Of a stretch of DNA of 64,000 nt, positions 27,745 through 41,100 are shown piece by piece (the first letter of the stretch is position 1; the number at the start of each line of letters is the position of its first letter). The position numbers were made by a program, and so were the translations under genes. The notes under the pieces are model-generated. The model ran no database searches, had not been told where the DNA came from, and saw only the letters and a list, made by a program, of their open reading frames with translations. Source of the stretch: Lytechinus pictus (lineage: Eukaryota). The DNA is taken from the NCBI RefSeq assembly GCF_037042905.1, contig NW_026974141.1, positions 6,572,001 to 6,636,000 on the forward strand, in the 5' to 3' direction.

Positions 27745-27900
27745 CATACTGATCGAGCTTTCATATTCAAACACATCATAACAGTGTTAACATCGCTTAT
27801 ACCAAATTGGAAACAGAAATTTGGACGAATATACTGCCTGTCATAAATAGTGTATTGATGACGAAGATGCAATCAATCGAAATGTTATTCACACTACTTG
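27745..27900 (-). pseudogene. Partial cassette lacking the conserved 3' block
   Basis: CATACTGATCGAGCT...CCAAATTGGAAACAGAAATT...AATATACTGC is present, but the donor block is absent. A similar truncation occurs at 36495-36610. Confidence 0.6.
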
Positions 27901-28143
27901 CTTCAAGACAAATACAGGTCCCAAGTAAAACATTTAATAACAGAGGGTACTTGCAAAGACTGTAAATGATGTACTACTTATTTCTGAGTTCTGACCTGCC
28001 CATGATAGTACGAGCTTTTGGCAAGAAAAAAAAAACGACGAAGACGTTAGATGTACGGTTCGTTTGTAAATTATCCATGTTACTAAAGTAATCCGAGACG
28101 ATTTTTTCGCAACTGTAATGAGTCGCATTGACGTCTGTCGTAA

Positions 28144-28850
28144 AGGCCCCCACACACATAACTGAATTGCCTGAAATATGCCTTCCGATGGCCGGCAAGA
28201 TACTTTTTTTTTTTCGCTTAAAATGGTAACTGATAGTATATCATATTTACCCTTCGTGTTTTGGTTCGTACACCTCCTGAACTAAGAGCTGCGATTATTC
28301 AAATTCCCCCGGAAATTTTTAACATGTTTAACATTTCCCGACGAATTGAAAAATCGTTGGTCATCTGTTCGAAGTCGCATGTCTTATTTAGTCTGCGGTA
28401 ATCGTTCGTTTGTCGTGTGTGTGTTATTGTCGCGCACAGTCCTTCATCGCGCTTTTGCCAAAGTAGACCGATCTCGAAAGAACCCCAACGAAGCAACACG
28501 ATAATACAAACGTACAAGTCTTAAAATGCTCGATCTATTCCCTCGTATTCGTTTCTAACCGCACGTCATATCAAACTGTTGCTCACTGTTCGTTCGTCTT
28601 ATTGAGTTATATCAACCATTCGCTCGTCTTCGGCTGCAATTTACTCAAAGAGGTGAACCGAAAAATCGATATCTTTAGCATGTCATATTGATCATTCGCT
28701 CACCGTTCGTTGATAACATTTGACAATAGTTACTGATCGCATGATTTGACGGAAATTGTATTTCAATTCGTTGAATTTGCGTGCATTAAGTCAATTTTTC
28801 TCATTCGTCACCCTTCGTCCGTCTACATTCGGTCAGGTGTGAGGGGGCTT
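28144..28850. mobile_element. PIF/Harbinger-type MITE
   Basis: TAA TSD and TIR AGGCCCCCACACAC / GTGTGAGGGGGCTT. An empty paralogous site GTCTGTCGTAAAGCTTGATATC lies at ~41180-41200. Confidence 0.88.
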
Positions 28851-29968
28851 TAAAGTTTGATATCGCTTCTGTACTGTGAAAGAACAGCCAGTCAGAGCGC
28901 CTGTATATAGATATTCGGATACTTACACTCTGGATTCGAAATCCGTGCCCCAAATATATATATAATTATATTTTCCATTAAAATGTGTTTTCATCAAAAT
29001 GTAGCTGTATCATGGATTCTAGATAACTTTGCAACCGTCATGCCGTTCACAACTCAACCTTGGTTAAAGATGTGCTAAGTGGAGACGCAAGTTATTTTTT
29101 TCCGTTAAAAGTCATGGGATTTGGTCAAAGATAATTTTTAGTCATGCGTTAAAGTTTACTCGCAGGACTTTTTTATGACACATAACTCTGCAGATGTTGC
29201 AACGCCAACAGAACTTTGACTGTACGTGCACTTGGGTTACATTCAAGTCATGATGCATTTTGTGGGTCACGTGGTAAGTTCAACTCAGTGGTAATTTCAG
29301 GACTTAAAGTTTACCTGCAAGGCTCTCTAATGACAAATAACTTTAAAACCGTCACTCATTCGCCAACTCAAGTTTGGCTGTATGTGCAAAGGAGACCTGC
29401 CTGTCATGGTGCCGTTGGCCTTCATGTCATTAGGTCAAAGGTCATTTGAGGTCATGAATTAAAGTTGGTTTCAAAATTTTAATTTTCCTTTCCTCTTAAT
29501 TTCACTAACGCTTATTAAGCAAAACAAAAATATATGTACTTGTGTTTCCCCTCTAAATAACAAGATCATTGTAACAATTCATATTCAAGAGCCCTTGCCT
29601 TGACTACACCCACAAACATATGTAAACTTCACACATGCAAAATATCAAAGCAATAATACCATTTATATCAAAGGGGTGGAGAAAGTTAAGAAAAGGTTGA
29701 ATGGGGGTAGCATCTTATGAAATAGTCCTTCTCAAAATATATTTGGTATTGGATTTTCATACTATACATTTCACGATTTGGTTTTGGCATTATTCTCTGG
29801 CGTACCAAGGGAGAACGAATATTTCCTTTTATTTGTAGTTCTAGTGGTTAGAGACGTACGTCAGTATTATGCAGTAGAGTTTTACGTAACATGTGTATAT
29901 ACTGTAGGCCTATATATTGACAACTAACAGCAAACGTCGTAAATACATTTGTGAGAATGGCTTTAGTC

Positions 29969-30200
29969 CTAACCTGGTTTGTGACATCCGATGAATGCTT
30001 GGTATTTCACTGAGTAAGTATAAAACGTGCAGTTTCGAAAGTGAGTAACTATTTATTTGTACTCGTACACACCTGTCATACTGATCGAGCTGACATATTC
30101 AAAGACATGTTAACATCGGTGATACCAAATTGGAAACAGAAATTTGGACGAATATACTGCCTGTCATACATAGTGTATTGATGACGAAGATTCAATCAAT
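29969..30200 (-). pseudogene. Cassette 5
   Basis: EYVSSISMTGVYEYK*IVTHFRNCTFYTYSVKYQAFIGCHKPG|GTTAG; last exon base 29974. Confidence 0.72.
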
Positions 30201-30462
30201 CGAAATGATATTCACACTACTTGCTTCAAGACAAATACAGGTCCCAAGTAAAACATTTAATAACAGAGGGTACTTGAAAAGACTGTATTGTATTACTTAT
30301 TTCTGATTTCTGACCTGCCCATGATAGTACGAGCTTTTGGCCAAAAAAAAAAGCGACGAAGACGTTAGATCTACGGCTCGTTTGTAAATTCTCCATGTTA
30401 CTAAAGTAATCCGGGACGATTTTTTTCGCAACTGTCATGAGTCACATTGACGTCTGTCGTAA

Positions 30463-31169
30463 AGGCCCCCACACACATAACTGAATTGCCTGAAATATGC
30501 CTTCCGATGGCCGGCAAAATACTTTTTTTATCGCTTTAAATGGTAACTGATAGTATATCATATTTACCCTTCGTGTTTTGGTTCGTACATCTCCTGAACT
30601 AACAGCTGCGATTATTCAAATTCCCTTGGAAATTTTGAACATGTTTAAAATTTCCCAACGAATTGAGAAATCGTTGGTCATCTGTTCGAAGTCGCATGTC
30701 TTATTTAATATGCGGTAATCGTTCGTTTATCGTTTGTGTGTTATTGTCGCGCATAGTCCTTCATCGCGCTTTTGCCAAAGTGGACCGATCTCGAAAGAAC
30801 CATTGACGAAGCAACACGATAATACAAACGTACAAGTCTTAGAATGCCCGATCTATTTCCTCGTTTTTTTTTTTTTATTGCACGCCATATCAAACAGTTA
30901 CTTATTGTTCGTTCGTCTTATTGAGTTATATCAACCATTCGCTCGTCTTCGGCTGCAATTTACTCAAAGAGGTGAACCGAAAAATCGATATCTTTAGCAT
31001 GTCATATTGATCATTCGCTCACCGTTCGTTGATAACATTTGACAATAGTTACTGATCGCATGATTTGACGGAAAATCTATTTCAATTCGTTGAATTTGCG
31101 TGCATTTAGTCCATTTTTCCCATTCGTCACCCTTCGTCCGTCTACATTCGGTCAGGTGTGAGGGGGCTT
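30463..31169. mobile_element. PIF/Harbinger-type MITE, duplicate of 28144-28850
   Basis: Same TIRs and TAA TSD; copied with the tandem duplication. Confidence 0.88.
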
Positions 31170-32296
31170 TAAAGTTTGATATCGCTTCTGTACTGTGAAA
31201 GAACAGCCAGTCAGAGCGCCTGTATATAGATATTCGGATACTTACACTCTGGATTCGAAATCCGTGCCCCAAATATATATATAATTATATTTTCCATTAA
31301 AATGTGTTTTCATCAAAAAATAAAGCTGTATCATGGATTCTAGATAACTTTGCAACCGTCATGCCGTTCACAACTCAACCTTGGTTAAAGATGTGCTAAG
31401 TGGAGACGCAAGTTATTTTTTCCGTTTGAAGTCATGTGATTCGGTCAAAGATCATTTGTAGTCATGCGTTAAAGTTTACTCGCAGGACTTTCTTATGACA
31501 CATAACTCTGCAGATGTTGCAACGCCAACAGAACTTCAGCTGTACTTGCACTTGGGTTACATTTAAGACACGATGCCTTTTGTGGGTCACGTGGTAAGTT
31601 CAACTCAGTGGTAATTTCAGGAGTTAAAGTTTATTTGCAAGGTTATTTAATGACAGATAACTTTTAAACCGTCACTCATTAGCCAACTCAAGTTTGGCTG
31701 TATGTGCAAAGGAGACCTGCCTGTCATGGTGCCGTTGGCCTTCATCTAATTAGGTCAAAGGTCATTTGAGGTCATGAATTAAAGTTGGTTTCAAAATTTT
31801 AATTTTCCTTTCCTCTTAATTTCACTAACGCTTATTAAGCAAAACAAAAATCTCTGTACTTGTGTGTCCCCTCTAAATAACAAGATCATTGTAACAATTC
31901 ATATTTAAGAGCCCTTGCCTTGACTACACCCTCAAACATATGTAAACTTTACACATGCAAAGTATAAAAGCAATAATACCATTTATATCAAAGGGGTGGA
32001 GAAGGTTAAGAAAAGGTTGAAAGGGGGTAGCATCATATGAAATAGTTCTTCTCAAAATCTATTTGGTATTGTATTTTATGCTATACATTTCACGATTTGG
32101 TTTTGGCATTATTCTCTGGCGTACCAAGGGAGAACGAATATTTCCTTTTATTTGTAGTTCTAGTGGATAGAGACGTACGGCAGTATTATCACGATTATGC
32201 GGTTAAGTTTTACGTAACATGTGTATATACTGTAGGCCTATATATTGAGATCTAACAGCATATACCGTAAATACATTTGTGACAATGGCTTTAGTC

Positions 32297-32550
32297 CTAA
32301 CCTGGTATGTGACATCCGATGAATGCTTGGTATTTCACTGAGTATGTAGAAAACGTGCAATATCAGTAGTAACTATTCATTTGTAATCGTACACACCTGT
32401 CATACTGATCGAGCTGACATATTCAAAGACATGTTAGCATCACTGCAACCTAATTTGGTGACAGAAATTTGCACGAATATACTGCTTGTTGGAAAAATAA
32501 TAATAATAAGGAAGATACAGTTTAATTCAAATGTTACTCAAACTACTTGA
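32297..32550 (-). pseudogene. Cassette 6
   Basis: SSISMTGVYDYK*IV/-4 nt/...CTFSTYSVKYQAFIGCHIPG|GTTAG; last exon base 32302. Confidence 0.7.
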
Positions 32551-32838
32551 TGTCAGACAAAACAAAGGTCGCCAGTAAAATATTTGTCAACAGAGGTTAC
32601 TTGCAAATTATGTAAAAGATATACATGTATAATTCATTCGTAACCTCTGACCCACTCATGATAGTTCTAAGTCAGCTATTTTCACACGACATAACCAACA
32701 TTTACGATGACCTTTGTAACTTATATTTCTTAGACCAATTTGATGACAGATATTAAAAATATACTGTTTGCAGGAGAAAATGGATATAAATCATAAGCAA
32801 CGAAAATAATCCCGATTTGGAATACATCGTGACACAAC

Positions 32839-33102
32839 ACCGGTGTGTTGGCTCAGTTGGTAGAGCGTCCGTCTCACAACCGGGAGGTCGGGGGTTCAAA
32901 CCCCGGCCGCGTCAGACCAAAAGACGTTAAAAGATGGGAGTTGCTGCAACCCTGGTTGGCGTTCAACGATTAAAGGGATAGAGCCTCGTCGATCTGGCGC
33001 TGCACAGCGGCTGTCGGGCCCGTGATCAATTGAGCAAAGCAAATTTTCGGAGTATTTCATTTCTTGTCTATTTCGAACAATAAATTATGGATTTTTTTTT
33101 TC
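32839..33102 (+). mobile_element. Full-length tRNA-derived SINE
   Basis: TGGCTCAGTTGGTAGAGCG (A box) and GGTTCAAACCCC (B box), followed by a non-tRNA body shared with 3345-4001. Confidence 0.85.
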
Positions 33103-33516
33103 AAAGTCTCGAAACTATTTCACTTTGTTATCATTAATTTTTTGCCATGTGTTTTAAGTTTTCCCTGGTTTGATGTGAGACTTGGTTTAAGCAGAAAAGT
33201 AAATCCCACTACTGAACAACATCTTCTTACAGCGTAATTTTTTTTTGCAATATTTTATTCACCCATGATGCAGACAACCTTATCCCATTTTATTTTGAGC
33301 TTACTTCTGCGAGATAAGTAAATTTTTTTACGTCTATATTTATCGACATATCGGTTTAAAGTTACCCATCGCACCCGGTCTACAAAGCAAAATGTTCAGG
33401 GTGGAGGGGAGAATACTATTTTTTTAGTACAATTTTTTTTCGGAATGAATTAGCCACAATTACTGACTTTTTCTAAAAATAATTGATGTCAATATTGACA
33501 ACTTTATTTTCACCTT

Positions 33517-33684
33517 NNNNNNNNNNNNNNNNNNNNNNNNNNNNNNNNNNNNNNNNNNNNNNNNNNNNNNNNNNNNNNNNNNNNNNNNNNNNNNNNNNNN
33601 NNNNNNNNNNNNNNNNNNNNNNNNNNNNNNNNNNNNNNNNNNNNNNNNNNNNNNNNNNNNNNNNNNNNNNNNNNNNNNNNNNNN
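33517..33684. other. Assembly gap (168 N)
   Basis: Run of N. Confidence 1.
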
Positions 33685-33896
33685 ACTTGTTCCAACAGAG
33701 TTTATTTCTAAGTCCAAATTTCTTCTTCAGTGATACAATAAAGTAATGAAGCTTTATTTTAACCCAGAGACGTGGAATTTACGGCGAAAATTTGTACTTA
33801 GGTATACAATAAAGCAATAAAGCTTTATGGAACCCAGAGACGTGGACTTTACGTCAAAAAAAATTGGACTTAGAAATAAACTCTGTTGGAACAAGT
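33685..33896. mobile_element. Short palindromic MITE abutting the gap
   Basis: ACTTGTTCCAACAGAGTTTATTTCTAAGTCCAA and its exact reverse complement at the right end. Confidence 0.7.
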
Positions 33897-36800
33897 ATAA
33901 TGCATTTTCTCTTTGCCAATTTTATCTCATCTATGTCCAACACGCGAAATGTAATATCGTTTTATACACACACACACACATACACACACATACATATATA
34001 CATATAAACAAGGGATCATGGGTTTCTATAAATTCTATGGAGAATATAGAAAGTGACATCAAGTATTATCATCGCGACAAAGAATTACTTTTGCCAAGAC
34101 AAGTGGGCTTGCAGCGCGATTGGAGTGGCAAAGGCAAAGGTAAAGTAATGGTACTATCAACCGGTAAATTTTAACAGCGATTTTATGTAAAAGTTAAATA
34201 TACATGTACGCAGACTTAATAGGTAACTTTTTTTTATTATCAAACATATTTGTTCATGCTTTAATATCAGTGATCTTTCAATCCCCGAAAGTCTTCATAG
34301 TGTATCTGCGTCGTCTCTATAATTTTTTCTGCGGTAGAGACGTCGCAGAGATCACACCACGGACTGCCGATACATCCCCAACAGTCTCCGAGACTGTGGT
34401 ATGTTGGAAGTCGGATAAAGATGGCGCTATAAAGCTGAGCATCATTTTCAAGTCCTTGCTTCACAGACCAGCCTTGCAGCAACGCACGGATGTGTTGCTA
34501 TGAGGATGGTTCACTTGATACGCGCATAGAGTGGAAGTGCGCGCACAATTTGGTTGTCATGCCAATGAAAACATGAACATGCAATACTCTTTTTGATTAA
34601 TTGTGGAATTTTGATGAAGAAACGGCTTATGGCAATGGTAGGAAGAATTGATAAAATACAAAATTATATGAAATATGAAATAAATGTGTACTGCTTTTCG
34701 AAATTAAAACCATTACTGAATTATTACTTATAAAAATGATAATTTTCGGAAAACCCGATTGAATTATGTCACTGAATTAAACCTATCTGCTAATTTCACC
34801 CCACTTTTGTTATGACCCAATAAATCATTTCAGAGTACTTATTCTAGTGAAGTATACAGTTGTTTGAAGGTGACAAGTTTTTACATCAAATATACATTTA
34901 ATGTTAAAAAAAAAAGAGTTTGATACCTGATCCAGGTAACTTTTGCTGCAACACAATTATATAGAACATGCATTATTACCGTGACCGCGCACTCATGGTC
35001 GTGCGCACCCCGGTCGGTGCGTAGGTATGATTGGCTGGCATCTGCCTGCGTACCGGGACTGATGCTAGGAAAATGAAAATTTGTGTAAAATCGTTATACA
35101 AATGCCCATCTATAAAAGCATTAAACGCTTTGCCCCCAACAGCATTGTTTGAAGATACCCATTTTGGGGCAGCAAATCCCGCAAAGTGATACCATTGGCA
35201 ATACAACGTAATACATTATATTTACATTATCCCACGTGAAACTTTTCAGCAGGGAGACCTGACCAGATTTAGGCAGTTTAAAAACGTGGCATTTTGAAGT
35301 CAAGCAATTTAGAACTTTTGACCCCCTTGTTTGGTCTACTGCCCCCATTTTCAAGTCACTTAAAAGAATAATATGCTTGATTCACATAAATTACCTGAAA
35401 AAGTAATTACAAAGCTGAGCATTTATGACAATACTTCACTGGCGTAGTTTGCCAAAGATATTGAGATGGAGGGGGCAAATATGATGCACGTAGTAAAGAT
35501 GCGGATGAAGCGAACGAACAAAATTTTCGACCTATCCAGTGAAAAAAAATATATATATATATTTCTTGATAGACTTTAACATAATACTCAGGAAACTACA
35601 TAATACCCCCTCCTACTTGGTTTCAATGCATTTGGCTACTGCCTCCATTTTCAAGTCACTTATATGAATAATATGCCTCATTCACATGTTTGTTGTATTT
35701 TCCATTCCATGGCCATGTAAATGGGTGACTTATTACATTATTTTAAAATAGAAATTTGGTTCTGCTTGGTGTAACAAAAAGAATGAAACAAAATCCCTAT
35801 CTCTTCGGTGCAGCTTTAATATTGAATTAAATCCACTTTAGTGTTATGTGTGTACACTGTATAAAACTTATACTTATCCGTAGCGCAATAAGAAAAAAAA
35901 ACTTACACAAACAAACAAGCAAAAATTGAAGAAGAGACATGAGGCGTGGAGCAAAATGTCATATTTCACCCATTCCCCCTTCCTTTTCTTTTTATTTTTC
36001 TAGGTCGTGAAACTCCCAAATCTACACGCGAATTGTGATGTTACATAAAATAGTTAAGCAACTAAACAACTTGGTCAGAATAACTGACAGGTCTTCCACA
36101 ATTGTGAAAAAAAAGAAAAAAAATGATGAAAATAAATATACTTCGAATGCTACGATTGCATACTCAATTCAAGAATCCTCTCGTTTGGTTCACCCAAGGC
36201 AACAGGCACAACGCACCGCAATATTGAGAGCTGCTCTCTTTTGTTAATATGACTTCAAATCAGGAATCGGGATACGTGAAAAATAATGATAATATATTAC
36301 CATAAACAATATCTACGATTCCAAAGACAATGAAAATATTGGTGTAAGATAGCACCAAAGACTGATTTAGCAGTCACAAATTTTTTTTTTTCTTCTTTTT
36401 AATTGAATGTTACTGAGAACGTCATAAGTCATAAGTAATTCCGCAAATTCAAATTTGTGGGAAAGGAAAATTCTAGAAAACCAGCGTAAACCGGCATAGT
36501 AATCGAGCTGAAATATTCAAACACGTCCTAACAGTGTTAACATCGCTGATACCATATTGGAAACAGAAATTTGGACGAATATACTGCCTGTCGTACATAG
36601 TGTATTGATGACAAATAATTATTTTTATAGCCCTCACTCATTTGCCAACTCGTTTCTGGCTGAATGCAAAACGAGGACCAGCATATTATGGTGCCGTTGG
36701 CTTTCATGTCATTAGTTTAAAAGTCATTTGATGTCATAAATCAACGTTGGTTTCAAAATTGTTAATTTTCCGTTTTTTCTTAATTTTACCCACTAACACT

Positions 36801-37227
36801 TATTCAAACATCACTGTTCTAGTGTTTCCCTTCTCCATAACAAGATCATTGTAACACTACATATTCAAGCGCTCTCGCCTTGACTATACCCACAAACATA
36901 ATTTTGTAAACTTCACACATGCAAAATATCAATTCAATAATACCATTCATGTCAAAGGGGTGGAGTATGTTAAGGAATGGTTGAAAGGGATTAGCATTAA
37001 GAAATCGCCTTTCTCAAAATTTATTTTTGTATGGCATTATATACTATTTATTTCACAATTGGTTTTTGGTACCATTCTCTTTCGGAGCAAAGGAGCTCGA
37101 ATATAAATCAATGTTTGTAGTTCTAGTGATTAGAGGCGTAAGACAATATTATGCAGCAAAGATGTACGTAAAACTAAGAGAGCTATCTATATACATCGTA
37201 AATACATATGTGGCAATGGCTTTAGTC

Positions 37228-37520
37228 CTAACCTGGTTTGTGGCATCCGACGAATGCTTGGTATTTCGTTGAGTATGTATCAAACGTGCAGATTGTTAGT
37301 GCGTAATCATATATTTACAACGGTACACATCCGTCATACTGATCGAGCTGACATAATCAAACACATCCTAACACTGTTAACATCGCTGAGAACAAATAGA
37401 TGACACAAATTTGAACGAATATACTGCTTGTTGGAGAAATAAAAAAAATAATCATAACCAAGCCACAGTTTAATCCAAATGTAACTTACAATACTTTCTG
37501 TATGACAAACATTTGCCTCC
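37228..37520 (-). pseudogene. Cassette 7, closest to cassette 11
   Basis: WIKLWLGYDYFFYFSNKQYIRSNLCHLFVLSDVN/fs/C*DVFDYVSSISMTDVYRCKYMITH*/fs/CTFDTYSTKYQAFVGCHKPG|GTTAG; last exon base 37233. Confidence 0.72.
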
Positions 37521-37974
37521 AAATGAAAAATTTCCGCAAACAACGACGGGGACGTTACATCTATGTCGCCATTGTTTTGGCTGTTTAATATACCAATTAA
37601 ATCACGGCAAAATGCCAACCCTACTAAATTTATTAATTACAAAAGCTGATAACTTCCATAGCCATTCCACAAGACAATTGTCATCATTTCACCTTCCTTT
37701 GTTGTTGTTCAACAGAAAACCATGATCATTTACACTGGTCCTCATTTATTCAATCCCATGGACGAGTCTATAAAGAATTCACCAAGCTCACTTACTTTCA
37801 AACGCAATATCAAATAAAACATAATATTCGTTACCATTTAAGAAAAATAACTGCGGGGTGTTTTTGCTGTCTGTCTTAGGTGTTACCATGTTCCTTGTTG
37901 TTATATTTAGTATATCTTTTGTCATTAATCTTTATATTTTAATCTAAATTATGAACAATGACACCATTACATAT

Positions 37975-38916
37975 CCGTCGGTGGTCATCCGAACCGTCGT
38001 ATCACACTTACGACGGAGCAAATCCATTTTAGAGAAAATTGACTTCAAAGTTTACTGAAATGTTCGCACTTAGTTCTCCAGCCTTACAACATATCAATTG
38101 CTAGAAAAATGCTTGGTTGGAAAGGCCAAGACAATTGTATCCCTATTTTTACACAAAACCAAGGATCAGAGAAAATATCGCAAAAGAGCTACATGCTTGT
38201 AATTTCGGTTTGAGCTGTTTAGAGTTCCCCCGTACAAAAACGCCATAGGCCCGTACTCTGAAGACAGGTTTAACTTAGACCATGGTCTAACTCTGTGCTA
38301 AAATTATGGGAAGCCAAAAGTGTCAACATTTTTATTAAGTTCTATGTTTCTAATGTTTATTGTGCACTTTCCTGATTCATTGATGGTGAAGACAATCATC
38401 TCTTTATACTTCTTAGACAATTATGAATGGTTTGAGAGCCAAATAAGCTGAAATATGGTATATCTACTGTTAGTGATTTATGTAACAATTGGCTATCCAT
38501 ACTTAAACCACAACTTTAAACCTGAGTTTTAGTAAACCCAACTTCAGAATACGGGCTATAGGGAAAACAACAACCCTGACCGCGACTTTAATGCGCGCGG
38601 TCAGTCAAAACGTCGTATCGCTTTTCACTTGCAAAGTCAATGCAGTGCAGATGGGCGATACGAAAGTTTGGCTGATCGCGCGCATTGAAATTGCGGTCAG
38701 TCAAAACGCCGTATCGCTCTGCTACTGTACACGTTTCCAATGGGATTTGCACATTTTATAAAAAAAAATTGTACGGCATTTCAGAAACTAAAATAAATTG
38801 CTGCCTATAAATTTAGTTATGAATAGAATATGACTTGTACTTTAATTTTCTTCAAAAATCTCAAAATCTTTTTTTGACCAAAATTGACTGATACGACAGT
38901 TCGGATGAACGCCGAA
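37975..38916. mobile_element. MITE (family of 19104-19701, opposite orientation) with a nested MITE at 38248-38557
   Basis: Outer TIR GGTCATCCGAACCGTCGTATCA; inner TIR GCCCGTA(C/T)TCTGAAG with ATA flanks on both sides. Confidence 0.8.
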
Positions 38917-40052
38917 AAGGGAACGTGTTTCGCAGGATCTGCTTTGACAAGGTTTCCTCCACATGACATCTTCAGTAACATGATCATTACCTATATTTGA
39001 CTGCTTTCACGAATGTATTGTAGCGTTATATCTTAAAGAAATTTGAATTTCCTTTTTTTTTTCATAATGGTGTTGAGATGTAAAAAATGTATTTACTTTG
39101 CTGTTATTGGCTGTTATTGTGGAAATAAATGAAATATATTGTATCAGCGACATGGTCGATCTGGGACGATTTTCCACAACCATGATGAGCCAAATAGTCG
39201 CGATGAGCCTCATAGTCGCCTGCCGAAGACCTCGAAAGCGTATATGTACTGTAAAAGCAGCCAAGAAGAGCGCCTGTAGATATATTCTTGGATTCTTTAA
39301 CTCTGTGAATGGAAACTATGCCCCCCGAAAATGAATTCGCGATTTTCCATTTAAAACAACGGTTTATTTTTTTCGTGGGGGGGGGGGGGGTCAAAATATA
39401 GGTGTATAATAATTTCCAGTTTTGAAAATGAATAAAATTTCGTTATCCACTACATCTTGCCAAACGAATATATATAACTGACAGCGATCCACCAATAATC
39501 CACGTTAGATACAAATGATTGGGTATTTTCCTTTTCTCTTCGGATGACTCTCTAAAACCTGCATTAAGGGCGCTGGGACATACGTGCATTTAACCCGAAA
39601 CCATTATTCTATCCATTAATCGACGCATGACCTTGGAAAGAGACTTGATCTAAACAAAGGGGGAAACTTGCCGAAAACAGGCTGCCTATTATTTTTTAAC
39701 ATTACCCTTTTAATACGCAAATGCTACACTTTGTCAGTGATTATACGAAGTGGCTCAAACCTCGGCTGGTCTCCAGCCCCGTAGAAAGTAGATGACTACC
39801 GAAAATTAGCAAAGCTAATAAAGAACCTGTTGGCATGGTAAACTTGCATTACTCGTGAATATTATTATTTGTTTCGCACTTAAATAATCATATATATATA
39901 TATTTATATTGATTTAAGCCTTGATTTAAGCTACGCCTACCATTGTTCTCTTCATTCATTTCTTTACAATATTTAAATAAAAAGATTTGCCAAAGTTGTT
40001 GTACATGAATAACTTCACACATTTATATACATTTATATACATATATATATAT

Positions 40053-40252
40053 GGGCAATTCCATAAAATATGTACGTCCGACCCCCTTTATGTAGGACCT
40101 TCATGAAATTTTCTGTCTCTGATTTCTTGTTCTTTTGACAGTCTGTAATGCTCTCAAATGACCATGACTTGGTCAGTTTATGAAGTGAAGTAAAACTTGA
40201 GAAAAGTGGTGGTCGGACGTACAAAAAGGTTGATTATTTTATGGAATTGCCC
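40053..40252. mobile_element. Small MITE inserted in a (TA)n tract
   Basis: TIR GGGCAATTCCATAAAAT plus subterminal TGTACGTCCGACC; ATAT flanks. Confidence 0.8.
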
Positions 40253-40840
40253 ATATATAGACGTGTTTTTCACTACTGTTTCAGAAACGGATTTTGAATT
40301 CTCTTTTTTTGTCACATCATGGGCACTGTCGAATAGTGGGACTTTACTTTTCATTTTTTGACAGCCACGCTTCTATTAAAATGTACGATTTTATTTCTAC
40401 GACATTCACTAAATCATTTGTGATTATTCTTTTCAATATGTCGAAGCAGATTATTTTGATTTTACTCAGGTACATTTTTCACTGCTGATCCTTGACTGTT
40501 GGCGGTGAGGCCATGGCAACGCGTCTTTAGATGCGTCTTGTACAGTAAGCCTCCTCCATCTTCAGCGCGATAATATCTTTGAAAGGTGAGTTTCAGATTC
40601 TGTATGCCTTTGAGCAGACGTGTTTTTCACGACTGTTTCAGAAACGGATTTTGAATTATCTTATTTGTCACATCATGGGCGCTGACGAAGGGTGTGACTT
40701 TAACTTTCATTTTTGAGAGCTACGCCCCTTTCAAAATCTACGATTTTAATTCTATGGCATTTACTAAACGAATACATATATAAATATATATATATATAAC
40801 CAAATAAACCATAGATACTTTTGTGACAATGACTTTAGTC

Positions 40841-41100
40841 CTAACCTGGTTTGTGGCATCTGACAAATGTTTGGTATTTTACTGAGTATGTATAAAACGT
40901 GCAGTTTCGGTAGTATCTTTTTATTTGTACTCGTACACACCTGTCATACTGATCGAGCTGACATATTTAAAGACATACTAACAATGTTAACATCGCAGAC
41001 ACCAAACTGGTGACAGAAATTTTCACTAATATACTGCTTGTTAGACCAAGAATAATAATAAGGAAGATACAGTTTAATTCAAATGTTACTCAAACTACTT
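40841..41100 (-). pseudogene. Cassette 8
   Basis: PYYYSWSNKQYISENFCHQFGVCDVN.../SSISMTGVYEYK*/-4 nt/YRNCTFYTYSVKYQTFVRCHKPG|GTTAG; last exon base 40846. Confidence 0.7.

Larger units (their letters stand above)
27790..32440. repeat. Recent tandem duplication, period ~2.32 kb
   Basis: 27790-30110 is nearly identical to 30110-32440. Landmarks: 28144 pairs with 30463, and 29974 pairs with 32302. Confidence 0.92.

Noticed and set aside
32839-32915. tRNA gene
   Set aside because: A and B boxes are present, but there is no proper acceptor stem, and the sequence continues into a SINE body found elsewhere in the window.
33460-33746. ORFs spanning X runs
   Set aside because: Artefacts of the N gap.
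37027-37272. Plus-strand ORFs ending LTWFVASDECLVF
   Set aside because: They are antisense readings of the conserved block; upstream sequence is not conserved in frame between copies.
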